From Spongospora subterranea f. sp. subterranea (taxonomy: Eukaryota), in assembly GCA_049724395.1 (NCBI GenBank), contig JAUGWO010000069.1, positions 310,001-374,000 of the forward strand: a stretch of DNA of 64,000 nucleotides, given 5' to 3'. Of this stretch, positions 27,164 through 38,630 are shown one piece after another (within the stretch, counting starts at the first letter, position 1; the number at the start of each line of letters is the position of its first letter). Both the position numbers and the translations under genes were made by a program. The notes under the pieces were generated by a model. The model was given only the letters and a program-made list of their open reading frames with translations, searched no databases and was not told the DNA's origin.

Positions 27164-27727
27164 TGTAACGCGTTCGAATTACCAACGCTATTCGTACGAC
27201 GTAATATGATGGTCGCCTACGATGTAAGGCAACAATAATGACTCGGATCGGCAAGATATCTTGCACAACCAATTGGTGATAAATCCGAGTGAGGTTTATT
27301 TAGATACAAATACACCATGACAGGGTGAATGCGCGGGATGAGTGGGGCCCGCGCTCAGGAAATGATTTTCCCATCTCCTTCGCCAGCTCCGCAAACTTCC
27401 CGGTCCGATTGTCGAGAATATACTGTTCGAATGCAACCGGAGTATCTTCCATAATGATATTGGCCGGCTCCCAACTGTTGTCCAAATCCTCGAATCCGGC
27501 CCAGGCAATCAGAACTTCCCAGTCCTCCGAGTGAGTTGGCGAACGGCGGATATCCCGCGCATTTACCCTGTCATGGTGTATTTGTATCTAAATGAACCTC
27601 ACTCGGATTTATCACCAATTGGTTGTGCAAGATATCTTGCCGATCCGAGTCATTATTGTTGCCTTACATCGTAGGCGACCATCATATTACGTCGTACGAA
27701 TAGCGTTTGTAACCCGAACGCGTTACA
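27164..27727. mobile_element. 564-bp non-autonomous TIR element with chromodomain cargo (Ginger-like or LTR-derived foldback)
   Basis: 176-bp inverted arms at 27164-27339 and 27552-27727 (5 mismatches), TGT...ACA termini, GTGAG direct repeats at 27159-63 and 27728-32. The spacer encodes WEVLIAWAGFEDLDNSWEPANIIMEDTP on the minus strand. Confidence 0.9.
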
Positions 27728-27940
27728 GTGAGTCAACACGGCCCACTCTGAATTGAGTCAACTGTGTGCAGTAGAATCTGTCGCTAGCGCCATGCGTGAC
27801 TCAATCCTGGAACTTGCTGGATGGCGTCTAGGTGGCGACCATCGTCGAATCCCTAGTCATTCTATAATCCCCGTTCTCATATAAACAACGCAAATCGCCA
27901 AAGAAAACGTTCCTAGCAAAAGCACTCAACTATCACAAAA

Positions 27941-28144
27941 ATGTCGGCCATCCGCTCGTTCCTCTACGCCCTCATGTTCGTCATGCTGATCTTCGCCAGC
28001 GTTCAAGCTCAAGAACCGTCGGCTGAACCTGATGTCACCGTTCCGGCAACGGTGGCCGTTGAGGATACCCCCACGGCCGACGTGCCCTTGGAGGACAACG
28101 CGGACGCCCTGGAAGGAGATGACAAGCTTGAGGAAAGCGATTGA
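27941..28144 (+). CDS. Small acidic protein with N-terminal signal peptide (67 aa)
   Basis: MSAIRSFLYALMFVMLIFASVQA is a hydrophobic leader ending in V-Q-A. The mature part is D/E/P/A-rich with no Cys. AAAA-ATG start context and GC-rich third positions. Confidence 0.7.
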   Translation: MSAIRSFLYALMFVMLIFASVQAQEPSAEPDVTVPATVAVEDTPTADVPLEDNADALEGDDKLEESD

Positions 28145-28209
28145 ATAAATCACCCATAAGATCGATCGATTCGTCGATGTTCGACCCGATAGACCGTAAT
28201 ACCTAATTT

Positions 28210-30236
28210 TTATTTTGACGATCGGCTTTGTTTTCTTCTGAATCGCGCGTTTCGGGTTTTCTTGAGCTCTTGCCAGGAACAGGTGAGATTCCTATCCGTT
28301 CGATACGGCGCCAGCTGCTTAATCGAGACGCGCGCATTCAATTCGTTGTCCTCCGTGTTCAGGATGTCCTCGATCGACATCCCGAACGAATGCGCCGGAA
28401 CCGACGTGTATCGGAATCGGGCCTTCTGCCCATCCGCCAATGTGTCCTCGAAGTCCATGGCGTACAGTTCTTCGAGCAGCGCCGCTGTATTGTTGGCCGT
28501 TTCCGCCTCCTGTAAATGGGTTTCAGAACAACGTCGAACGCAACCGACAGGTTGATATGATTACGGCATCGTCGTGCTCGTTATCATCGTCGGCGGATTT
28601 GGATCGTTTGGAGTTCTTAGGTTTGGCGACGGATTTGACCGTCTCCTTGGCCTCGTACCAGTCGTCGTTGTACAGGTTCTCCATCTTCTTGTCGAATTCG
28701 TCCGGGTCGAAATCGCCATTGAGGTCGAGCTGCGATAGGATCGCCGCCTTCTTCTCGTCCGAATCGGCCAGGCCGATATCGCCAACCTCTTGGATCGCCT
28801 GCAGCCTCTCATCCAGCACCTGCTGTCTCATCCTGGCGATATGCTCCAGTTCTTCCTGTTCCTATCGTCATACACACAATGAGGTTCGATTCGTTGTCGC
28901 CGTGATCCAACGACCTGTTGCAATTCCCGCTTCCTCAAGTTCTTGGCCTGTTTCACTTCCTCAACCGCTGCCGCTTTCTTGGCACGTTTTGCCTCTTTTC
29001 GCTTCTGCCGGCGAATCGCACGTCGATCATCAACCCGTCGAACCGATCCCTCGACCGTTCGTGAGTGGGTAATAATTCTGTCAAGAGCAATTACCAATCG
29101 CCAATCCACTTCATGTTGTCGTAAAGACCAAACCTGGCGCTGTCAGGCTCTTCGAATCGGAAGTTGTATTTGGCTTCGAATGAGTCCTGAGCATCAAGGA
29201 ACTCTTCGTCGTCGCTGACGTCGGCCTGGTCGAGGTCCACGTTCGGTCGGATGGATTGGACGATCCCGGATGGAACATACGATGATGGGCGCTGTTCTTT
29301 CCACCATTCCCCAGTGATGTACTCCTTCAAAAACTGATCTTCCGGTGTCAAATCCTACGAACACCATTGATTTTAAAACCATCGGCGCGTCGAAACAATT
29401 GAAAATCACATTTGATTCAAAGCGTTGTAGCGATTTATGTTCCGGAACGGTTTGTAGTTTCTTCTGCTTTTCCCGCTCGCTGACGAAATTCGCATACTCG
29501 GGATCGGCGTTCCCTTCCTGAAACAAATGACAGAAATTACGCGTTGGGTCAAAATTATATGGGCTGTGGAGAACGGGTTACCGTTCCAGTTCCGGGGCGA
29601 ATTTTCAGATCGAATTCGTCTTCATCGACTTCGGCGTCTATAAATGCTTGACGCGCTCTCAGCTGGTCATTTGCCGGGATGAAGACATTCTTGTCCTCGT
29701 CGTCAGAATCCTCCTGCACTGTTTGCTCGATAAGAAATCCCAACAAATTTCAGGAATAATTACGTCAAATTGTGCAGGATCAGCAATAAGTTGCTCGGTT
29801 AAGACTTGCTTGAGGGTTTTCGTCTTTTTCTTCGGACGATCTTCCGCCGAGGACTCTTCCGGCGAATCGGGTTCGTCGTCGGCATAGAACTTGGCCGATG
29901 GATTGTAGATGATCGGGTCCTTCCGCTTGATCATCTCAATGGTCGACATGATCTCGCGATCCAATCGCCCCGTTAACAGGGCACCGGATGTGTCCTCCTC
30001 TTCCGATGACGATGATGAGGACCCGTCGGCCTCCTTAGATGCCTCACGAGCTCGCAATGCATCTTTGACCGATTCTGAATTCACGTCATCGTATCAGCGA
30101 AACAGAAACGGAAATTCGCGGAAAACGATGCAAAAAACACAGTTTTCCGACAATTCCTACTCTTTGTCAGCTGTTCTTTCCGCTTATTCTGTTCATATTC
30201 AGTTTTGAACTTCTCGTTGACACGAAGCTGATCCAT
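28210..30236 (-). CDS. KRI1: KRI1 homolog (40S ribosome biogenesis, KRR1-interacting), multi-exon
   Basis: LRVNEKFKTEYEQNKRKE, IKRKDPIIY, EDQFLKEYITGEWW, FEAKYNFRFEEPD, SVRRVDDRR, DFDPDEFDKKM, RFRYTSVPAHSFGMSIEDIL...SIKQLAPYR. Confidence 0.93.
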
Positions 30237-31035
30237 GGTTGGGTTTCTGTCTGATCCGTAACGGGCGAAGCTCAGGGGTGAAAATTCCACGGACTCCGAG
30301 GGTCACCCCGTGACCGGCAATTGGACATGGCCGGCGACCATGCAACACCACGATCCATCGCCACCATCGAAATCACGATCGAGGGTCCACCAGCACCGTA
30401 CAGCTAATCTATTGTGTTTTAACTTCACGACCATAGCCCTTTGCCCCCAAAAACCTGCGGTTCTTGTGTATTTCGATCGCGAAACACACGATGATTCTCT
30501 CTGCTGTACTTTGGAACTCAGTAATTCGTATCGGTTCTTGGGTTAAATTTCAGGCTAAATAAATATATAAAATGGCCAACAATTGTGCTATTTATTCTGG
30601 CAAACACATCGGCTTGAGCATATTCCCGAGACTTTCCCGACCCTGCCGTACGACTTTGGGTCTGAAGCCGAACCAGATTGAATATGTTTGTCATTCTGGA
30701 GATGGCTGTGGAGCTGCTCAAAATCAAATCGGGCCATTTGATTGAGCAGCACGATTTCCGTCCGCGCTATTTGTCAAAATCGGTTCCATATCGGAACTGA
30801 TGATCCTCCTGTTGACACTTCGGTGATGAAGATTTTTCCACGATCTGAACGTTAACAGGACAGATGATGTCGCGTCAGATCAAACAAAACAACCACAAAG
30901 AGAAAAGAGATTCAATCGTGTTTTGGCCTTCTTTCAAAAAATATGGTTTAGCGGTGGTGATCTATCAATCCCATCAGGTTTAATTGGATTGATCTGGCGA
31001 TCCCCGGGGCGCATGGCAGAACGTATTCTGCTCGG

Positions 31036-31999
31036 ATGGGGCTTGAGCGGGTCGATAACTTTCGCGATGTGCACCAGATCTGCCACAAAGTTCGCCCAGG
31101 CCGATTGTATCGCTCTGGCCACACCCTCTTCGCAACCGAATACGACGTTCAACAGATCCTCGACGGCTGCAATGTCAACATCGTTATCGATCTTCGCGGC
31201 AACGGCGATCAGGAAGTGATTCGCCACCTGAAGGTGCCGTCGTGTTCGAATCCGTTAACGAAACGGCTGGCGCCATTATCGTTGAACGACGTATCCAACG
31301 ACGGCCCGATCGGATCCCCATCGGTAATTCGGGTACCGTTGGCCGGCCGTCGTCAGCTCTTGGGCTATGTCTGGTCCAATGCCACCCTGATGGAGAAAAT
31401 TCTGTTCCTGGTCTATCTGCTCTTCTGTCTCAAGGGGCGGATCGTCTCGATTTTGGCCAGTATCTTCGCTCGCCAAGGGTTAACGGGATATAGCAATGGT
31501 TGGGCGCGCGTTCCTCTCTGCGATTGCCGTTCCCCCGTCTGATGGTTTCTGGCTCAGCGATTTTGATCTGTTCAGGTCCAACCATCTGTAAAGTTTTGGA
31601 GCTCGTCGCCAATAATGCCGACAAAGGAGTATTGATTCATTGCAGGTTGGTTCAGTTTAGGGCAACGCCGTTCTAACGAGTTGATGGTGGTTTGGTTTTA
31701 GTCTTGGAAAGGACAGGACAGGGTTGATTATCGCGCTGATTCTGTTAATATTGGATATCGACCACGATAGCATCGTTGAGGACTACGAAGAGAGTGGAAG
31801 AGTCGTGAGTGAGGAGATGCGAATGGCGTTATTGCCGAACATGCTCGATAAGGACGTGTTCGCTAAGACGGATGGGGTTGTGATCAGGAATATGATCGAG
31901 TTCATTGATCAGGAATACGGGGGGATTGAGGAGTATCTCGACAGAATCGGCTTTCGTCAATCACATCGTCAATTATTACGATCGAAGCTACTCGCTTGA
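31036..31999 (+). CDS. Tyrosine/dual-specificity phosphatase (Y_phosphatase3-type), multi-exon
   Basis: NFRD...GRLYRSG and VIDLRG. The catalytic loop HCSLGKDRTG is reconstituted across an intron (~31646-31700). Also DYEES and GGIEEYLDRIG. Confidence 0.88.
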
Positions 32000-32011
32000 A
32001 GACCCCCTTGT

Positions 32012-32026
32012 GGGGGGGGGGGGGGG
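32012..32026 (+). repeat. G15 homopolymer
   Basis: Run of 15 G starting 13 nt after the phosphatase stop codon. Confidence 0.9.
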
Positions 32027-32673
32027 CCGCACGAACATACCCCTAAATGTCGCCAAAAATCTGGCGAGTAAACCAATACATGGCATCAAACATTTGTGAA
32101 GTATATTGTTAATTCCGGAAATCCCCATGAATATTGATCGGGAATGGTTTCGAGTAACTCCATCCTCACCGCATGTCCATGATTACCATCCGCTTCAACC
32201 AATGCACTTGAAATCTCGCCGTTGCATTTCCGGCTAGCGACTACGGATCGTTCGCATGTTGCACTAAACGCCTTCCGTGATGCTCGATGTGCATTGTAGC
32301 AACTAAACCGCAAAGCGCCGTATACTCTGTTTAGTCGGACCATCGCTTCCCTCATTTCATTTCGGGAAATGGTTCTCGGTTCACAATTCCGCTTACTGCC
32401 ATCTGTACCAGTCCCATGGCGCCATGCCGCTTGGCCACGCAAATTATTAGGGTTGCGCCTGACTTGCTCGAAACGTTGCAGCAGTTTTGCCCCGACTGCG
32501 ACACACTTGTTGTACACGCGTGCTGTGTAGTTGAGGAGTGGGGGAACAAGAGGGTAACACCAAATTACGACTTTGGCCTCTGCGATTGGATCTGCATAAA
32601 CCATTGGTCCGTGTAATGACGCAAACAGGGTTAGTTGATATCGGGTGTGGTCGCTGGCGAACCCCGGTGATAT

Positions 32674-35600
32674 ATGATGTACAGCCTGGGGAGTCTGGTC
32701 AATGTTGCACATGGATTGCTGTCGTCAAATGCTGAGATCAGATCCCAAGCTGAACGGGAGCTTGCGGCGCTGGATAAGAACCGCGTAGACTTGATTTTAG
32801 GTCTGATCCACATACTGAGCGCTGCGAACGACACAGCAATCCATCAAATTTGTGCCGTCGTGCGTATCCTTTCGATACTGTTTGCGTCGGTCTAAACGTT
32901 TGGTCAGGTTCTTCGTCAGACTTTACAAAAGAGTGATGAAACGACGCGTTCGTCAGCAATTATCCGTCGATCATTATTACTTCTTCTAGCTCACCCCCAA
33001 TGTGATAATATGACTGTGTATAAATCTATTGCTCATGCTGTTGCTGCCTCTGGTGCCACCAAAGAGTATCAACTACAATCCATTCCCACGTTCGAACCGT
33101 AATTTGTATTTTTTGTAGGGCATCAACGTGGGATGAGCTAATCCCGGCAGTTTTACAGTTGGCCTCTTCTCCTGAGTCTTTTCATCGTCTAGCGGCGTTG
33201 ATCCTCATTGACAAACTCGCCGAGTTTAACTTTCATGTAATAACTTATCACAATGATGATTAAGTGTGATAGACACATTTGCTTTAGATGATATCATCGC
33301 ACTTAGCAACAATTAGTCCATATCTGGGCGACGCATTATCAGGATCGCTGCCCGAGTTACGTCAGGCAGCAATTGGTGCCTCAATCTCCATATTAGTGTC
33401 TCTTCCTACAGACCAAGCCAAGCTGCTTTCATCTGCAGGTAGTAAAACCATCATTGGCTCTTGGTTGCAAATGTTGACGTTTGCTCAGGTTTATTACCAT
33501 TATTACTGCGAACGCTAACGAACCCTGATTCCGAGGTGGGAATAGAAGCAGCTTTGACTTCAATAATCGAACTGGTCGGGTATAAAGCGCAGCTGTTCGA
33601 TCCTTACTGCCAAGACATATGCAATACTATGGTAGCGATCAGTAGGGAGCAGCAGTTCGATATCAATACCAGAAAATTGGCCCTGGAAATGCTGACATTG
33701 TTAGCTCGAGAAGGTTTATCGACCCCGAATCGGGTTGGTCAGATCTGAGTTGTTCATTACGTGAAACGCTCAAGGTATTCTTTTCTAGGTAGGAATTGGT
33801 TCTTCTGCAGTTCAGGTGGCATTGCATCTTCTGGCAGAAAATATCGAACAGAGGTCGGAGGATTTTGAGGATGAAGACGATGATGATGCGATGGCAGCAA
33901 GCGGTGATGCATTATGTCACCTTTGTGAATCATTAGGTTTAACTCTTTTGATGCGATTCTGCCTCCCACACATTTCACAATGGATTCAGCCTGCTATCCC
34001 CAATAACAAGATAATTGCTTCGTTCTATGTAAGCCGCCTTGGTCTCATGAGTTTCTCATATAATTCGAACCTGGCCCTAGGTTTGCCGAAGAATTATTGA
34101 GGGAGGCCCCGAAGAACTTGGAGTTGAATTTTTGGAACAACACCTGGCAGTATTTGTTAATTGGATCAGTCAGGGGGCTCAGCATTCATCGCATCATGTC
34201 AGAATATCGTCACTCAGGTTGTTGAACATGCTTTGCACGAAGACCAGTACTGTTTTGACAGTACCCGGTCGTAATCAAGGTATGAAGGTTGTAGCATTTC
34301 TTGTATTATACATTCCAACATTGGGGTTAGGAATAATTTCAATTCTAGCACCCTTGTTATCGGATCCTAGCCCGGTTGTCGTGGAAGAATGCTGTTTGTG
34401 TATTGCTGTATATTGCACTGAGGAGCGGGATGACCCGCTAGATCCTGAAGTTGTTAACATCCTTGTTCAATCACTCTGCCAAATCTTGAATGCAATGTCG
34501 TTGTCCGCTCAACTAGCTGATGCAGCCCTGACTGCCATGTCCTCGTTAGCCCAAAGTCTCCAATCCTGTTTCCTGCCGTTTTATGACAGCCTCATGCCGG
34601 CCTTGATTGGAATGTGTTCTACTCCATGTGAGATGCGCGGCAAGGCCGTTGAGTGTGCTTCCATTATTGGCATTAGTGTAGGTGCTGCTATTTTCGCCCA
34701 GCATGCGCCTCAACTTACTGAGGTGATACCTATTTGTTCTCATTCACGTATATCTTTTGAATTATCGCCAGATTTGTATGATGTTGTTCAATTCAAGTGA
34801 GGATGATGAAGATTGGGTTTCAGCTCACCAATCTTTAGCTCGCATCAATCAATGCATGGGTGTCCAGTTCATGAGTCAATTCTTGCCATCCATAATCGCA
34901 GACCTCTTCACGTCAGCAGGGTTAGATGACCGGTGCTCTGTTGATCCTTGTGGGGATGGAGAAGAACACAATGCCACTGATGGTTTTTCCCTCTATTCCG
35001 TCATGTTGCTGCTCACTAAACACGTAGTTAGGCGCTCATGTTGTGACAGTTGATGTTCGAGGTTTGGGTACCCGTCGCATTACTATTAATCCGGCATTGA
35101 TGGCGCGGAAGGCGGCAGGATGTCACATATTATATCAGGTAACGGGGCTGTCGTTTTCAACAAATAGTGAGTGCTAATCGTGATATTGCCAATCAGTATG
35201 CGCACGATCTAAATCGAGATTTTTCGCCTTGGTCGCAACAAGCTCGTGAAGTCATGTTTCCTCTAATTGCCTGTCGCTACAACGAATCGGTCTGTCTACT
35301 TCATATCTCTGATTTGTTGTTCCAACATTAATCCTAAATGTGGCAGGTTCGTTTAGCGGCTGTTGCATCTGTTTCTGCCTTGATCGGCACCTACGACAAT
35401 AGAGATGCCAAGCACGCCTGTGCCGTTTCGGCGATGCCCTTTTTGATTAAGGCAATTGGCATAGAGCCAGAATTTGCCAACGTTTTAGCCATTATTGAGG
35501 CCTGCTCTGATTCTATTAAGGCGCTGGATGGCTCCAGTATCGGTGTGTTTATTCGCATAGCTGAGAAATATCAAACATTTGATGCTGCTTTCCAGGTGGA

Positions 35601-36788
35601 GAATTTGAATGCAAGCTTTCAGTCGCGCTGGAAGTAATTCTTGCAGAATCTGCTGCCCGCAGAGACAATAGATCATCCAGCACGGACCATAGTGGATCTG
35701 ATGAATTCAGGTGGGTTATTCGGTGATAATGTAAAACTGTGAATGATTTTGTTTCAGTTATGTAATGGATGCCAACAATGATGAGGTTGAACTTCAAGGG
35801 CACGTCGTTGACGCAATTGGGGCAATGGCACAATCTGCCAAACAAGCGTATCTGACTACATTTCAGGTGTGGTTGTTGTTTTTGTTACTTTATTCATCCT
35901 CGATGTGCGACTAATTGGGCTTTGTAAAAGTCACAAATACTTATAATTCTGTTTAGGCACTTCTAGAACAACGAGTTTGTTCAATGCTAACCCGGTCTGA
36001 GGCTGAGCAAGTTTCTGCGCTGTGTATCTTTGACGAGATTATAGAGCATTGTGGACCGAAAGCGGCGGAGGCGTATATCGGACCATTGCTGCCTGTTTTC
36101 ATTGAAAAAACAACTTCTAAAGTAAGCTTTGTATTGAAGCCTGTCAGTTTGTCCTGAAGTTTGTGCTAGAATAGTGATCTTTGTCAAAGTGCCGCCTATG
36201 GACTGGGCGTAATCGCCCAAGTCAGCGCGCGGCGTCCAAGCTTGTTCCCGATCGAGAGTGCATTCGCATGTTTGGAGGCTTTACGCAAAACCATTCGCCT
36301 GATCGACGCTGAACTTGACCCAGACGATTTTGGGGTTCCAAGGGATAACGCTGTGTCATCATTGGGTATACAATCTAAGCGAATTTTGCATTAATACGTC
36401 TGCTCTAATTGTCTATACAGGAAAATTGCTGCTTTATCGGTTGCAGTCTGATCCATCAATATTTAATTTGGTTGCAGAATGGTGCACAATGCTCGTTTGC
36501 AGCTTTTGTCCAATCGAGTCGCATGTCGCTCACAACATCTTTTGTAAATTTTTGGAAATCTGCCCTCAACTGCTGCAGAAAACGCCCTCGTACGACCCTT
36601 CGTCCGCGGTAACTTTGTCGTTTTCTTGTGATTGTCCTCTGATGTTCGTCTCAGATTTTTGCAATGGCGGTGATCATTTCAGATGAACTATCTGATACTG
36701 AGACTTTACAGCGCCTGCGAGTAATCTGGTCACAACAATCTGTCGCAGCCTCGCCCTTGTTCGAGGCTGTTTGGAAAAAACTCTCTGA
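32674..36788 (+). CDS. Importin-beta family karyopherin, importin-5/Kap121-like, many exons
   Basis: LLSSNAEIRSQAE, WDELIP, RKLALEMLTLL, RGKAVECASIIGISVG, ALCIFDEIIEHCG, QSAAYGLGV, RDNAVSS; HEAT-like helices. The 3' end is approximate. Confidence 0.85.
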
Positions 36789-37453
36789 TGTTCAAAGGTC
36801 CAAACTTGGTGTATCATATTGACATTAAATTTATTTTTATCAACCTGATTTTCACAACACTGGTCGCCATTAGTGTTATAAATCGTTTGTCCGTAGTTTA
36901 TGGTGATTGTTGATGGCGCAATATGCGTGTTGCATTGCTTTGCATTCGTTAGAACTGGACCAATTAGAAATTCGTACTCATGTTTCCAAGGCGAGTCATC
37001 GCCGTTACAGAATTGCCCATTCATGAAACAGGAAGATAACTAAAAAAATGCTGCATCTCTCCAATGTTGCCCTTCAAAAGGTCTTTTTCAAATTGTCTTG
37101 TTTTATCATAACGGTGGGACCAATGAGTGATGACTCGATTTTGCTTGAATTTATGCAGAGAGGTCTCGTTGTTCATCACTAGAATAACCGGAGAACGATA
37201 TCAGCATAGATTTCAGTTGACGAAATGGTTGGATGTGAACTCTCAGACTCTACGTACAAGTTACTACGGCTGGAATAACCGCTGCTAGGTTGATTTCACA
37301 ATCGACTGCGAATATACAAACTTAAGATAGAAGGTGTTCCAGAATTGATATCTTTATCGGACTCCGTTGTTTTGGGAATTAAATGCCCTTGCTAGTGCAG
37401 AATCGTGACCACCTTTCGGGATGAGTGTTTTAACGAACCTTGGGCGTATAATG

Positions 37454-38273
37454 TTATCGTAATCTCGTTTTGCCAGCACATAGTTGTACATATTGGGACT
37501 GCCGCGAATCAGTTGACGAGTATAATAGAATGATGAACAACCAACCTTCCAGCTCGCCCAACACTAACGAGATTCCATCCATACCGATCATAGAATGTCC
37601 GAGCTTGGCGATGGGATCGCTCGATGCCACAAAGAATCCTCTGTAAACCCAGTTGCCCGAACCCGTAATCGAGCACTGACAAATGCATGTCTTCCGCCCA
37701 ACCATCGTCCCAGAATCCAGAATTGGATGTGACATCCAGTTCACCGGAGTAAGTTAGCGGATGTAGTCGAACAAACCCAATTATCCCAATGAGTTTGTTG
37801 TCGCGCATGACAAAAGAACATCAGCCCTTTCTTCAACAAAAATTCAAAATACAGTTCTTGGATACCTGACAGATTCAGCTTACCTGTTGCACCTGTTGAA
37901 TGGACAAAGCCTTTACCCTAGCGTGAACTTCACGAGCAGTTTGAGGTGCGGCCGGCCTCAGCATTACCAGCTTAGAGCGCCTCATCTGCGTCAGGTCATA
38001 AAATAAATCCAGATGCGTTTGCGCCGTCTCAGCGATTGTTATCATAACGGAATCTCGAGTTGTCCTGAGCGTTAATGCTGTCGGAATCACAAGAGGCTTT
38101 CCTGATATTCGGCTAATATCATCTCCGAACCGATTGTACCCTTGCCTCCACCTCATCCAATACATAATCCATCTGCGTTTACTCCAAACCAACACGGCAC
38201 TGCTTAATAAAAACAATATAATCCATGGCGTCGATCCTGATCTTTTCTTATCTCGACATAACGATATTTTCAT
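37454..38273 (-). CDS. GNAT (RimJ/RimL-like) acetyltransferase with N-terminal hydrophobic segment
   Basis: LIGIIGF...SGELDV...FWDDGWAEDM...LDYGFGQLGLQRI...ARTFYDRYGW. The upstream exon has PWIILFLLSSAVLVW. Ends are approximate. Confidence 0.65.
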
Positions 38274-38404
38274 CAAACACGGCCCAGCGTCAAAGATGAG
38301 CTGAACCGTGTTAATATCGATTATTAATGCCAAGATGAGCTGAACCCTCTCAGGTTATGATAATGCCGTACAGGTATTGAATAACACAATATGACCATTG
38401 TACA

Positions 38405-38630
38405 TAGGAGAGGAGAAAGAGGATGATACAGGAGGAGGAACAGACGGGGACAATAGAGAGGGATTATAGGGAGGTGGAATAGAGGAAGGGGAGGAGGATA
38501 AGGGCGATAGGAGAAGGGAACAGACAGGGGATATTAGGGAGAGATAGACTTATATCGACAGAGGCTATAGACAGAGGAAATAGAGGAAAGGGAAGAGGAT
38601 AAGGGCGATAGGAGGAGGGAACAGACAGAT
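38405..38630 (+). repeat. Purine-rich degenerate direct repeats
   Basis: AGAGGAA(G/A)GG...GAGGATAAGGGCGATAGGAG...GGGAACAGACAG occurs at ~38481-38527 and ~38582-38628, with a weaker copy at ~38409-38450. Strong G/A strand skew. Confidence 0.85.

Noticed and set aside
28228..29218. Long plus-strand ORFs opposite KRI1
   Set aside because: Antisense shadows of GC-rich coding sequence with no recognisable motifs.
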